Source: a virus
Length of the DNA: 64,000 nucleotides
IMG/VR virus record: IMGVR_UViG_3300037882_001492
Location: 54,191 to 118,190 of that record
Strand: one strand, 5' to 3'
The notes under the pieces are model-generated. The model saw only the letters and a list, made by a program, of their open reading frames with translations, was not told where the DNA came from and ran no database searches. The translations under genes and the position numbers were made by a program. How positions within the stretch are numbered: the stretch's first letter is position 1; each line of letters starts with the position of its first letter. This document shows, one piece after another, positions 37,801 to 48,129 of this stretch.

Positions 37801-39514
37801 CAGGGTTTATGCCGTTGAATTTAGAACCAATGAATACATTATTAGCGTAAGTTGTCCCTGTGATCGAATGTGCAGCATTTCCAGATAAAATTATTCCAGG
37901 CTCGGCTTCAAACGATGGCAACATAATAGACCCGCTTAAAGTATTTGCAAAACCATATTCCCATCCAGGCAAAGATGCAAAGGACAGATTCTTTAAGATA
38001 TATGTGTTGAATGCGGAACCTGTTCCGTTTCCTTTAAAGAAGATTTCAAATAAGGAATCGTATTTATCCCCTAACGGAATCATAACGCTATAGCGTTTAA
38101 ACTGTCCTGGATGATCCTTACCGGCCACTAGCGGAATATTTGTTCCCCACGCCTCTGCAACGGTGTTAGCCGTTCCACTAAAGGCAAAATATTCATTCGT
38201 CGTTATATCTTTTAATTCTACATTAAAGCCTTGAGCGCCAGAAGATGCTTGAAACAAATCGAATTCCAAGAACAAAAATGGCTTATATCCCCCGGCCTTT
38301 TCAGAGAAATAATCTAAGAAGGTACTCTTAATAAAATCAGGGGCGACAAAAACTTGGGAGATAGAAGCGGCACCGCTTCCAGTTAAAGACGATGCTACTA
38401 ATTTAACTCCATACGAATTTCCCTCAAACGAACTTAAAGAAACATACCCTAATCCAGATAATTCAATTTCTGGATTTGTGGAATTTAACAGAGGGGATAT
38501 TACTTTCCATCCTTTAATAGTTTTTAAGTTTAATGAATTAGCCAGTTCACCGTTAAACGAAGACAGGGTTAAATCAGCAAAGAAATCAAAATTAGAGTTA
38601 TGTAACCAAGAGTTTTTATCTTTGAACTCTGGATTTTGTAGTGAATAAGTATCAGCGTTCAAAACTGTTACTTTTGTAATCTCTGCCAACTCAGTTGTTA
38701 ACAGGTTGTTAACAGGCATTCTAATTAGGATTTTATATTGTAAATCTAATGATTGAGGGACAAACGCTGCATCAATTTGATTGTATGGGTTATCGAATAA
38801 CAGCGATACTTTACCTAACGGGTCCAGAGTTAGTGGAACAAAATGTTCACCAACATCAAATATTTTAGTGTTGAAGTTAAAGTATTGGAATCCTCCTTTA
38901 CCACCAAAACTTGCTTTTGTAGTAATGACGGCAACTTCAACGGTTCCGCTTCCCTCAAACTCTAGACAATAATCTTTACCAAACTTAAATGGAACTTGTG
39001 ATTCAAAAGTAGTGGTTGCACGACCGTTGGGTTTTTTAACTGTAAGTGCAAACTCGTCTTGTTCAATAACAGGATCAAATGCCTTCGAATATAGAGCAAA
39101 TTCATCTGGATAAATTGATGTTACAAAAGAAACAAAGCCGTCTTGACTATATCGGCTTGATCTCCCAGTTTGCCCGAAAGTTGCAAAACTATCTGGAACC
39201 GTATGCAAAACATGAATTCCAGAGCCGTCTCCTGAGACATTTAGATAGTGAGTTCCAGAAGCGTGAATATATCTAACTCCGTCTCTAGAATCCTTTACTT
39301 TTAAATTGTATTGCGGTGGGCCTAATGAAATCGCTTGAACAGTATACGAGGAAACAGCATTAAGTGAAACCGAACTTATTGACGATGGTGCAGTTCTATG
39401 TGTTAAAATATCAACAACAGTTTCCATCGCTCCATCAACGATTAAATTGGATTCTTCTTTAATTAATTGTAAAGAATCCCCAATATGTTCAAAAATCTCA
39501 ACTTTGCCTTTCAT
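34892..39514 (-). CDS. 1540-aa virion protein, a paralogue of the 193-aa neighbour with large inserted beta-sandwich regions
   Basis: N-terminus KGKVEIF...NLIVDG and C-terminus IVWTIDF match the neighbour. Confidence 0.65.
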   Translation of the reverse strand: MKGKVEIFEHIGDSLQLIKEESNLIVDGAMETVVDILTHRTAPSSISSVSLNAVSSYTVQAISLGPPQYNLKVKDSRDGVRYIHASGTHYLNVSGDGSGIHVLHTVPDSFATFGQTGRSSRYSQDGFVSFVTSIYPDEFALYSKAFDPVIEQDEFALTVKKPNGRATTTFESQVPFKFGKDYCLEFEGSGTVEVAVITTKASFGGKGGFQYFNFNTKIFDVGEHFVPLTLDPLGKVSLLFDNPYNQIDAAFVPQSLDLQYKILIRMPVNNLLTTELAEITKVTVLNADTYSLQNPEFKDKNSWLHNSNFDFFADLTLSSFNGELANSLNLKTIKGWKVISPLLNSTNPEIELSGLGYVSLSSFEGNSYGVKLVASSLTGSGAASISQVFVAPDFIKSTFLDYFSEKAGGYKPFLFLEFDLFQASSGAQGFNVELKDITTNEYFAFSGTANTVAEAWGTNIPLVAGKDHPGQFKRYSVMIPLGDKYDSLFEIFFKGNGTGSAFNTYILKNLSFASLPGWEYGFANTLSGSIMLPSFEAEPGIILSGNAAHSITGTTYANNVFIGSKFNGINPDKAYNLVIDAHSLSGTSVFNLLVAHKAFNNVNGSNETNLMAIAGLMKLDEPPVNNKSAYIGYLKYLNPYTSVSAYASPLSNDENREDYDITFKCVKYDGEFQTSGIRLFVPCDSGVHTMSWNLFKPESVEERPHLAIYFRARNNSDKHLWYNFTTRKFELFERNIVPPILYASSGDYTIDMEEESEFTFRVIGSQILNYVIPTSYYGALVLQTFGKREESMFPTLSEETYIWDWRLNGTYYPLDNTEWFEQSGRTGVAYYNGNGNWILSSLNGSLLGSMMEPYVPNALIEFSATTDSQTVIPIYGQNQFNANFESNDFGLGTIPTGATLDSTYDIFIFHKSGPGALFKKIGLVDLALGSYNGPESIAEVHIPTSENLAKYWIKSDFENGWILGLSSSPHTTKPVFGNFAVSGIKGISYSAGTANTVPGLVSYTVPVKNLDLVSNKFKFSIDYVNDLGNNTALYASLIYSKTDGKILIWDTVDNKFKPYLGNVSSSDLSGTYRIGSFPYNVANSTPVENWVSPTITLPYDRRDFDKITALFSIVPLGDSRLVLNNLRFYELTTLADASSVFPEFPNPVDKFVQTPTLSSIGHFENRIEEYYLKPQDYQSFEEAIYKGAYLPGSGLEIWSGTGYVSAYGNLNQYGVITPNGFILRQTKTHPNAQTIYDSSAGLIVSAVNPLVDRQIKYILTLTKEEWHFLNSRYGGIGAAGLWTLDYEQTARKLGSEEGLGGPPFLYSGSPDTLQSNYGGPGTYKASPVDAPYPLRNSKVLAAAGKRTGNCYFHTNFSSVPGRVNPNGWAVSGTSYQLSFLYKTNSRYASIVSDNFNEVPLPKNTQWESQAISFTASGKGYDSVLFKIRGERDPISNEIPYLLLDDVILQKTTGGISTIIEHNFSSVSALSHYRTSFPLKNNINLSIVWDGALYQSSLYNTSDLSNYEPVFRLFAKKVFFPGGLQINPASNFITIVWTIDF

Positions 39515-42500
39515 TAAATTTCGTAAATTGTTAGTCCGCCTGAATTAGCATTTGAATAAGTTCCACCGTATTGTTCTAAATAAACTTCTCTGGAACCCCC
39601 ATCAGAACCCACACCAAAAGACTCTGAAATTGCAGAATTTCTAGAAATAACAGTATCTTTAAATATAGTAAACACGGCCATTAAAGCATTTGCTTCTTCC
39701 TTAGTATAGTTAGTGTTTACGCTGCCATATTTTAAATCTCTCAACTTAACATATTCAAATCTAACCGATGGGCGGTATAGATCGTTCGAAACATTCCAAT
39801 ATTCAAAAATCGGTTGGATTTCAATATAATACGCTGAATGCATTCCATGAACATTTAAGTATCGCGGCTCCATTAGCAACTTTCTAGTTTTCAAATCTAA
39901 TGGACCATATTCATTCAAAGTATGAACATTAAACTTTATTTCTGTTTCCCCATCTTCTAAAACAAATTCTTTGTAGTATGTGTTATACTTCCCTTTCTCT
40001 AGTAACATCCAACGATTGCGCTTGAAATCAAAGATGAAGCGGTCAGATTTATTGTAATCACATAAATAAGGTCTATCTGGTGTATAGACTCGTACACGGA
40101 ATCTGTTTAATCCTTTTCCTGAAATAGACGAATATGATTGACTGTTAACTTTTATTACACATTCAAAAGTACGATTTGATAATAAAGTATTCTCGTTTGT
40201 CTTTGTTAAAAATACATCGCGCAAGAAAGCAGATTTAGTGCTTCCTGATGCTGAGATGCCAACACCTAAGTTGTAAGAATCTGAAATATCAAAAGTAGGA
40301 TCAATTTTAATTACAGGAGGGACTACGGGAACCCAATCAGCAACATTCCCGTTAATAGCCGACGCTCTATAAGAACCGGATGCGCTAGTTACCCATGTTG
40401 AATTATAGAAATCATAATAACGATTTCTTTCGTTATTGTACAGAAAGTATCCAATTGCGCCAGATGCATCTGGAGCATAACCGTTCGAACTGATTTGATA
40501 AAAATCTCCTGGGATAAGGTTATGAATATGATCGCTTATCGCTCTGGCACCGTTTAACGAACTGAACCCAACAGTCGAATCTACAAATTTTAGAGCGCGA
40601 TACGATCCTTCAATATCTTTCGAATTAATTGAAGTAATACCGCTTAATTGTAGTGGCGTTACACTTCCGATAAGTTTCCAATAAGAAACAGAGGAAGTTT
40701 GTGAATTACTCAATAGGTTTTCATCTGTTGGACGATTAAAGAATCTTGGATTTCTAACTAAGAATTCATTTCGAACGAACGGCAATCTTATTTTCACTTG
40801 ATCTTCAACAGGAATATTGTCCTTTCCACCAAAGAAAGTTATGCCAGAAATATCTGCTAATTGTTCTCTATGGCATCCGGTAACAGGAACCGAAGACATA
40901 TCCGCTACAATAACAGTAGTTGTATTCTCTTTAGCAATGACTTCAATACCAGATAGTTGACTTTTGTTTGCAAAGAAAACCTTGTTCTGCTCATCGAAAT
41001 CTAATTTAGATAAATAAGACCCCCAACCATTTCTCCACACTAATCCTTTTCTAGTGATTTCTCGCAATTGATTGTCGTGAGTGCGGTAAGAATGCCCTGG
41101 TGTAATACCGTTAGACCCAAAGATAAAAGCATATTCAGGAGAGTCAAGTTTTTCAGATTCCCCTTTATAAGCGAACTGACCGGAAGTTTCATTGTTTCCA
41201 GCAATACCGCTAAACTCAAAATTATAATTAAAGACTAGTGGGCCAAACGCATGATTTAATGAATGGAACGAGTTTCCATTAATGTTTCCTTCAAACAAAC
41301 GATAACTGTCAATCCATAAATTGAATAAATCTCTAAAAGAAATTCCCTCAATGAAGTCCAAATCAAATCTTAAATAAGTTGAATCGCTCTGTCCTCTGCG
41401 TAATAAATAATCTACAATGGCTTTGTAGAATGATCCGGTTGCTAAAACCGCTCTTGGTGAATACAATGAGCCTGATGCATTATCGTCAACTCCCATAAAC
41501 AACATTACAGATGAAACTGGAATTCCCATGAATGTTGAACTAGGAGCAGCAAAACTAATGGTATTGCTTTCTACAACAGGAGAGTTTGAAGTGTCATAAA
41601 CTCCGCTCAATGCTACTGATAACGGACTTATAAAGTGTTGTCCAGAGAAATTAAACCCTAAAGGAATATATTGGGAGGTATTTCTTAGACTTCCTAATGA
41701 CGAAGTATAAAAATAAGTCGGAGTAGGAATTGCTTTACCTCCAAAGTTATAACCTTCACCCGATACAACATATCTAAAATTTCTTCTTCTTGTTGCCTTT
41801 CTATCAATATCAATTCCACCATACTCCTCCCAAAAGGAAGTATTTGGTTTCATTAAATACCGACCACTTTCTTTTGCGTATTTTAAATCAACAGAGCTTA
41901 AATAATCTCCTACTCCACTAGTTCCCAACCATGCTTGAGTTTTTAATGATGGTAATAGGGTTGTGTTGGATTCTGTGAGAGTTTTATATAAATCAAAAGA
42001 AATACTTTCAACATACCCGTAATATGCATCATCAATTGAAAGTTTTAGTATTAGTCTACCTAGTGCATGAAAAGGTAAGAACTCTGCCATAGTAATAGAG
42101 ATATTAGAGATTCGATCTGGTGTAAGAGCATTCGCGCCTAACAAATCAAAATCCATTGCCGAAGTTTCAAGTACGACAAAGATATTGGATGATCTACTGT
42201 TCCAATAATCTAGAACTGATAATTGCTCAGAAGTTCCAGAAGTTAGAAGATTTCCTTTATTGAAAGGTTCTTCTAGGGATGAAGTAAAGAATTTAAACTT
42301 ATTGTTATAACCAAAATAGAACACTTCATCCGAAGTCCCAATTCCAGTTTTCTCTTTAATGTAATCAATAAGAGAATCGGCTGCTGATTCAGAAACTCCA
42401 TAATTTCTACCACTATTACATCCAGTTAAAATCTTTCGTAACTCGTCTAAAACTTCTAGACTTAAAAAAGAAGTGTCATAGAAGCGTTGATTTTCCCATG

Positions 42501-43314
42501 GTGGAATTGCTACAATCGCAGTTACTCTTGATTCATAACCTTTTCCAGTTACGCCGACTCCGTTCTTAATCCAACCTGTAAATCCTTCTTGAAGTGACTG
42601 GTAGTGTTCAGTTTCGGTATAATGAACACCGTTAATTTTGATAAATTTAAACTTTCTATCAAGTTCTTCTAAGATCGCGTCAACAGCAAAGCGCACATTA
42701 TAATCGTGAATATTGCTAATATTATAAACTAAGTCAGAATTTTTTTGGCCGTTCTTTAAAAATTCAATTAAAGTATAGTAGTCTTGGCAAACATTTGATT
42801 CTGTTTTAAGAATATAATAAAGAAGAAATGGAAAGTAGGATTCGTAACTCTCTTTAACACTTGTTCGTGGATCAAAGGAAGAATAACTTTTGGGAAAGAC
42901 ATATGAAAGAGCATTTATTAAACTTTCTTTTGTGCCTTTCTGTTTATATAAATATACCGCCTGTCTAAGTTGTGCTCTCCATGCTGTAACATCCCCCCCA
43001 ATATAAGTCCAACCTATCATATGTCCTAAATATTCTAAGAATTGTGGGGGGCATTTATCAATATCCAACAATTCAGCTAAATTACTGATAATTTCATCAA
43101 CATCGTATAGAGCATAAGATAAAGCTTTAAGAAACTTTAAAGTATCAGAAGTTTGTTCGGTTTTGTTTGGTACAAAACCACTTGTATCTAAAAGATAATG
43201 TAGCCCACTAATAACTGTAGATTCACTCTGTCCTGGTTCATAATATAAATCAATATACGAACGAAGACAATTAAGCCGGTCTATCCCTGATGAAGATTCA
43301 ATTAAAAGTGTCAT
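39514..43314 (-). CDS. Baseplate wedge protein (P2 gpI / T4 gp7-like N-terminus) with extensions
   Basis: DIDKCPPQFLEYLGHMIGW...RAQLRQAVYLYKQKGT and FLPFH. Confidence 0.75.
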   Translation of the reverse strand: MTLLIESSSGIDRLNCLRSYIDLYYEPGQSESTVISGLHYLLDTSGFVPNKTEQTSDTLKFLKALSYALYDVDEIISNLAELLDIDKCPPQFLEYLGHMIGWTYIGGDVTAWRAQLRQAVYLYKQKGTKESLINALSYVFPKSYSSFDPRTSVKESYESYFPFLLYYILKTESNVCQDYYTLIEFLKNGQKNSDLVYNISNIHDYNVRFAVDAILEELDRKFKFIKINGVHYTETEHYQSLQEGFTGWIKNGVGVTGKGYESRVTAIVAIPPWENQRFYDTSFLSLEVLDELRKILTGCNSGRNYGVSESAADSLIDYIKEKTGIGTSDEVFYFGYNNKFKFFTSSLEEPFNKGNLLTSGTSEQLSVLDYWNSRSSNIFVVLETSAMDFDLLGANALTPDRISNISITMAEFLPFHALGRLILKLSIDDAYYGYVESISFDLYKTLTESNTTLLPSLKTQAWLGTSGVGDYLSSVDLKYAKESGRYLMKPNTSFWEEYGGIDIDRKATRRRNFRYVVSGEGYNFGGKAIPTPTYFYTSSLGSLRNTSQYIPLGFNFSGQHFISPLSVALSGVYDTSNSPVVESNTISFAAPSSTFMGIPVSSVMLFMGVDDNASGSLYSPRAVLATGSFYKAIVDYLLRRGQSDSTYLRFDLDFIEGISFRDLFNLWIDSYRLFEGNINGNSFHSLNHAFGPLVFNYNFEFSGIAGNNETSGQFAYKGESEKLDSPEYAFIFGSNGITPGHSYRTHDNQLREITRKGLVWRNGWGSYLSKLDFDEQNKVFFANKSQLSGIEVIAKENTTTVIVADMSSVPVTGCHREQLADISGITFFGGKDNIPVEDQVKIRLPFVRNEFLVRNPRFFNRPTDENLLSNSQTSSVSYWKLIGSVTPLQLSGITSINSKDIEGSYRALKFVDSTVGFSSLNGARAISDHIHNLIPGDFYQISSNGYAPDASGAIGYFLYNNERNRYYDFYNSTWVTSASGSYRASAINGNVADWVPVVPPVIKIDPTFDISDSYNLGVGISASGSTKSAFLRDVFLTKTNENTLLSNRTFECVIKVNSQSYSSISGKGLNRFRVRVYTPDRPYLCDYNKSDRFIFDFKRNRWMLLEKGKYNTYYKEFVLEDGETEIKFNVHTLNEYGPLDLKTRKLLMEPRYLNVHGMHSAYYIEIQPIFEYWNVSNDLYRPSVRFEYVKLRDLKYGSVNTNYTKEEANALMAVFTIFKDTVISRNSAISESFGVGSDGGSREVYLEQYGGTYSNANSGGLTIYEI

Positions 43315-43326
43315 TAAATATATTTA

Positions 43327-46050
43327 TTAGTCAGATTCTAAAATAAGCAATACCATTGAATTTGGTGTCAAGACAACTGAAAGTGCATTTTGCGCTAAAC
43401 TCAAATCAGCAATGCCTTTTCCTTCCGCAAGAGGTTTATATTGTCCGGCAGTTCCAAACCCATAATTTTTTCCACTCGGATTAATTCCTAAATCAATAGC
43501 ATCATATCGAGCTTGTTGATGAGCAGGATTACTATTAGCTTGATAATCTGTTCTTAAACGAGAATAAGAAGAATTGGCATCATTAACATTAAATTCAGGT
43601 AACAGTACAGGTCTGTTATTAGATTTGTCTAATAAATATTGAGAAAGAATTCTCTTAGGAACAAAATTAGAATCAAAATTAATCGTTAATTGTGTATTAA
43701 ACGCAGCACCGTTCATGTATCCTGTTAAACTTTCCTTTGCCCCGGACACAGAAGTATGCCATGTTGGATTGTTTGAAGAAAAACTTGAATAAGATGTAGG
43801 CCCATTATTTATTACCCATGTATGCTGTGAAGACATTAATAATAGTAAATCCTCTATTGTCAACGCCCTTCCTGCAAACAATGGAATTGTGTTATATGGA
43901 TCTTGACATTTCAAATTAAGAGTATACGATCTGAGAAATTCTGACCCCCAAGATTTGTGCTTGCTGTTATTGCTAGAGTTAATTGAACCATTAATAACAA
44001 CATCGGCCCCTTGCCCTATTGCGGAAGTAAATTGCCCAAGAACAGCACTAGATTCGAAATTTGCAAAAGCAATATAATCTAAGTAAAAATCTGAAAAATA
44101 CGCACTTGTCTGATTTCGATCCGAAAGGTTCTCTGATGTTAAAGGAGCATTAATTAACAATAATTTCATTTGGTTACCATTAATACTACCTATGCAGTTT
44201 GTATGCCATGACAGCGAAGAAGTTGTTGCGCTTCTAGTTCTTTGAATAATCCCGCTGCCGTCAACAGATCTTAGTAACATTTGTTTTGCCCACCAATTAG
44301 GTTTAGGCGCACCAGACACTAAAAATAACCCAGGCGACTTTCCTGACCAGTTATCTGAATATTGAACATTTGGGTTATTGAAATTTTTATCATGGATAAA
44401 ATAAACTTGGCTTGGAACATCTCTATAAATCATAGAAATATCGTTTGCTGCTAAACAAACAGCGCCGCGATTATCATCACATTCAGGGGTTATGGAATTA
44501 GGATTATCATTATTTACAGCAAAGAAATTAATATTATATTCATCGTGATCTATTTTCATTAACGCACTATTTGACAATCCCGCGCTCCCGGCCATATTTT
44601 TGATTTTCTGGTCAATTTGGAAAAGCTCCCACATGCTACCATTTCGTTGATATGAATGCACCCCAATTGTACTAGGTTGAAAATTTTGAGATACGCACTC
44701 AGAAAAATATGGCTCCCACCAAATATCTTTTCTATAATTAGAAAAACCTCCCGGACCAAGCTTAGGAACAGAAATTCCAGATAACACTAATAATTCTTTA
44801 ACTCTTCGTAAAGCAGAAACATTCCATTGGGCAAAACCCACAGCCGTCCCACCAATATTTTCCCATCCTATATCTGCTTCGTTATCCAAAGAAAAACTAT
44901 CTATATCATATCCTGGATAAGAAATTGATGTAGATCCAACAGTAATTGAAGAAGGGGATCTGAAACTTGACGCTATTAAATGAGCAATTGAACTTGCTAT
45001 GCTTTCTATATTACTATGATACCCTTGTTGTGTATAGGCAGCCTCAGCCTGAGAAAGAGTTGAGAAGGTTATTTTAACTTTATATCCTAAGCTTTTTGCT
45101 CTGTGTATGAAATATAAAAGCTCAGCATTTACATTTATTCTCGGAACAATAGAAGCGGCAGTTGTTCTGAAAAACTTGCTATGAACATAAGAAGAAGCGA
45201 CACATGCAATATCGTGGGGCGCAGAGACGGCTCTGAAATATCTATGTAACGCGGAAACTTGTTCCCCCTCTCCACCATCAATACCGTGAACACCTAAAAC
45301 ATTACTACGCAAAGCCGAAGTTAATAGATTTCCAGCATCAATGTTAAATACTATTTGAATAGTATTAGCAACAGGATCAATAATTTTTGTTGGTGATCTA
45401 AATTCAGCCGGGAGATAAGTATTTAAACTATCAACTACTTCTCGGTTATTAAAAATATGTTCAAATAATACTTTAACCGCCTCATTTTCGTTAAATTCTT
45501 GTCCATACCAAATCGCACTAGCGACATAAGGTATCAAGATCGAAGAAAGATACTCAGTTGTTCCAGGGTATCCTGTTGTGTTTAAAAGATATAAAGCTCC
45601 TAATGAGCTTACCATATCGAGTTCAACGGACGATACAGTTCCTAAGGGGGAATACGGTTCATCCATAGCAGAACTAGCAAAGTCATCGTCAATATCATTT
45701 AAAGAGAAAGCAGGAAACGCCGTACTGGATAGATATGATACAAACTCTTCATAGTTTTTAAAATCATTATAAGTTTTTCCTAAACGCTTTAATACTTTTT
45801 CATAAAATAGTGACGGTCCGACCTTGGTTCCTCTGTTTGCAGGAATAAAATATGGGATAAGACCCGATGCAGAAGTATTATTAGCGGATAGAAAATTGTT
45901 TATATCCCTAACTGCTAAAACAGTCTTACCGACAATTGCGTATGCCAAATCTTCTTTTGTTTCTGTTTCCTCGCTAATAAGAAAAGCAGGAATAGCATTT
46001 TTCACAATTTCAATATAGTTGTGCTTGAAAACATTGTTTTTCTTAACCAT
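43327..46050 (-). CDS. Baseplate-region protein fused to a clan GH-A glycoside hydrolase domain
   Basis: LDNEAD (acid/base), LGPGG, GVHSY, HDEYN (nucleophile) and GLF...PKPNWWA. Confidence 0.65.
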   Translation of the reverse strand: MVKKNNVFKHNYIEIVKNAIPAFLISEETETKEDLAYAIVGKTVLAVRDINNFLSANNTSASGLIPYFIPANRGTKVGPSLFYEKVLKRLGKTYNDFKNYEEFVSYLSSTAFPAFSLNDIDDDFASSAMDEPYSPLGTVSSVELDMVSSLGALYLLNTTGYPGTTEYLSSILIPYVASAIWYGQEFNENEAVKVLFEHIFNNREVVDSLNTYLPAEFRSPTKIIDPVANTIQIVFNIDAGNLLTSALRSNVLGVHGIDGGEGEQVSALHRYFRAVSAPHDIACVASSYVHSKFFRTTAASIVPRINVNAELLYFIHRAKSLGYKVKITFSTLSQAEAAYTQQGYHSNIESIASSIAHLIASSFRSPSSITVGSTSISYPGYDIDSFSLDNEADIGWENIGGTAVGFAQWNVSALRRVKELLVLSGISVPKLGPGGFSNYRKDIWWEPYFSECVSQNFQPSTIGVHSYQRNGSMWELFQIDQKIKNMAGSAGLSNSALMKIDHDEYNINFFAVNNDNPNSITPECDDNRGAVCLAANDISMIYRDVPSQVYFIHDKNFNNPNVQYSDNWSGKSPGLFLVSGAPKPNWWAKQMLLRSVDGSGIIQRTRSATTSSLSWHTNCIGSINGNQMKLLLINAPLTSENLSDRNQTSAYFSDFYLDYIAFANFESSAVLGQFTSAIGQGADVVINGSINSSNNSKHKSWGSEFLRSYTLNLKCQDPYNTIPLFAGRALTIEDLLLLMSSQHTWVINNGPTSYSSFSSNNPTWHTSVSGAKESLTGYMNGAAFNTQLTINFDSNFVPKRILSQYLLDKSNNRPVLLPEFNVNDANSSYSRLRTDYQANSNPAHQQARYDAIDLGINPSGKNYGFGTAGQYKPLAEGKGIADLSLAQNALSVVLTPNSMVLLILESD

Positions 46051-47699
46051 TAAATATACTCCACATTAATTTCATAGTTGTTAATTTGGATAATTTCATT
46101 GAAATTTACAATAACATCATTTTTCAAATTATCAATTGTTGTAAATCGAATTTCTGGAACTTTAAGTATGTAGCGCACTAAATCTTGAATTCCAAATGCT
46201 TGTCCAAAATCTCTACGATCAGAACTAAAAAACTGTTCGATTCGTGTTCCTGCTTTTCGTTTGATATCTTCGATATATGATTTTTTTGATTTATCAACAT
46301 GGATTGTTAAAACTAAATCAAGAGTTCGGATCAAACCGTCCACAATAGTTAAATCAACAGTTTCCATTTTGTATTGATTTAAATAAGTAAGAAGCTCTCC
46401 CTTATAACCTAAAGATGCTCGTTCTAAATGATTTTCTGTCGCCTTACCTAAAACATAAATATCAATCATGTTCCCGCCAGCACCAGACCGTCTAACCGCT
46501 GGAACGCATTTACCAGATTTACCAGCCTGACTTACGAAGTTTTCTACAAGAGCAACATAGTCTTTTCCTGTTACTGCTCTATATTGAGAAGCAAAAACAT
46601 ATGGTGCATATCTCTTAGCATGATCTATCGTTTCAGCGTTTGCACCACCAGTTGCTACAGTTAAGTTTGTAACTCTGAAAGTAACTGGTGTGGTTCCGTT
46701 CTTATACCCAGGAACCGAAACAGAGATAGCGTTTTTAATAATGTTTCCTCTTTCCCCCCCGCCTGTTCTATAGAAGACTTTGAAAGATCCTGTTGCTGGT
46801 GGTAAGGCTCCCTTTACGCCGTTTCCAAAGGTAAGAGTTACAGAATAATCCGAATCATAAGTAGATTGGAAAACATACTCTGCGCCGGAGGCTAGAGCAA
46901 TATTTGGAATTTGGCTATAAACATTACCATCACTTGCAGATACAAAAATACTTCCTTCAATTATTGAAGGAGTTGCGATTTTAATTGTTTGAATAATTTC
47001 ATCAGGAGAAAAAGATCCTTCTAATGTTTTATGCACTCCTTCTAATAAAACTAAATTTTGAAATCTATCTTCCTCAGTACTTAAATAAGAATCTATAAGC
47101 TCCAAACTTGCTACGCTCCCAGGAGAAGCTAAATCAATTTTACCATTTGTTAAATTCACTTTATACAAAGTAAAAGATAGAGGTTTTCCGTCTTTAGGAG
47201 AATTAACAGTAATTGTTCTACTTGTTTCTGGAATAGTAGCTGTATCCCCTAAAGTAAAAGTTGTATTGTCAAAATAAACTTCCGCCGTTGCTTTAGATGC
47301 AATTGGACCTTTTAATGAAATTCCAAGATTCGAAAGAATTAATCGAACTGATTCAATATTTTGTGCTGTCTTCAAAAATCTTTCGTTTGCTAAGAAATCT
47401 CCTTTGAACGAAAGAATAGCAGCAAAATACGCGAACAACTCAACAAACATCATTCCTAAATCAGATTGAATGAAGTTGTTGTATTTCTCTCCATATACGG
47501 TTTTAATATAGTTTAAGAAAGCGACTTTAAAATCATCGAAATCGTTTTCTGAATACGAGATAAGTTCCGCTCTATCATCAGCAGGAATGGTTGCTAATTT
47601 TAAGAAATCAGATTGAATATTACCGTCGAATGCCGAAGCATTATAGACAGGAGGAATTGGTGCTTCGGGAGCAGTTTGACTAGTTATCGGGAGAGGCAT
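46050..47699 (-). CDS. Baseplate wedge subunit (gp6/J-like)
   Basis: DFDDFK, ANERFLKTA, FGNGVKG, GGANAET and RAVTGKDY. Confidence 0.9.
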   Translation of the reverse strand: MPLPITSQTAPEAPIPPVYNASAFDGNIQSDFLKLATIPADDRAELISYSENDFDDFKVAFLNYIKTVYGEKYNNFIQSDLGMMFVELFAYFAAILSFKGDFLANERFLKTAQNIESVRLILSNLGISLKGPIASKATAEVYFDNTTFTLGDTATIPETSRTITVNSPKDGKPLSFTLYKVNLTNGKIDLASPGSVASLELIDSYLSTEEDRFQNLVLLEGVHKTLEGSFSPDEIIQTIKIATPSIIEGSIFVSASDGNVYSQIPNIALASGAEYVFQSTYDSDYSVTLTFGNGVKGALPPATGSFKVFYRTGGGERGNIIKNAISVSVPGYKNGTTPVTFRVTNLTVATGGANAETIDHAKRYAPYVFASQYRAVTGKDYVALVENFVSQAGKSGKCVPAVRRSGAGGNMIDIYVLGKATENHLERASLGYKGELLTYLNQYKMETVDLTIVDGLIRTLDLVLTIHVDKSKKSYIEDIKRKAGTRIEQFFSSDRRDFGQAFGIQDLVRYILKVPEIRFTTIDNLKNDVIVNFNEIIQINNYEINVEYI

Positions 47700-48129
47700 T
47701 GATAAATATCTGTACTAAACTTTGTACTTCTGGTGTATCTTTAAATTCAACTAAAACTTGAATTTGTAGTTGACTTGTTTCAAAATCGTTTTCGGTAGGG
47801 ACCGGAGAGCCAGTTCTAACTTGTAATAGATTTACCCTAGGTTCGTATAAAGCAAACAATTCTCGAATTTCTGCTTCAATCTCTGCATGTGTTACTTGAT
47901 CTAATTTTGAAAATAAGCGTTGTCTTGTAGTTGTTCCGAAATCTGGATACATGACTCTTTCGCCTTTCTGAGTCTTTATCATTTGGATAATGCCTTGTTT
48001 TATAGCGTTTTCGTTATATACCGAGGCAAACACACCACCTAAACTATCGGCGTCTAAAGGAAAAGAAAGTCCTTTTATCTCGTTTCGTTTAGAAAGAGAG
48101 ATATACTTTAATTCGACTCTGTATGCCAT
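47680..48129 (-). CDS. Baseplate wedge subunit gp25-like
   Basis: TQKGERVMYPDFG and YEPRV. Confidence 0.92.
   Translation of the reverse strand: MAYRVELKYISLSKRNEIKGLSFPLDADSLGGVFASVYNENAIKQGIIQMIKTQKGERVMYPDFGTTTRQRLFSKLDQVTHAEIEAEIRELFALYEPRVNLLQVRTGSPVPTENDFETSQLQIQVLVEFKDTPEVQSLVQIFINASPDN

Noticed and set aside
28987-46050. Diversity-generating retroelement or invertible tail-fibre cassette
   Set aside because: No reverse transcriptase, recombinase or near-identical nucleotide repeat pair was noticed by eye. A self dot-plot would be needed to exclude this fully.
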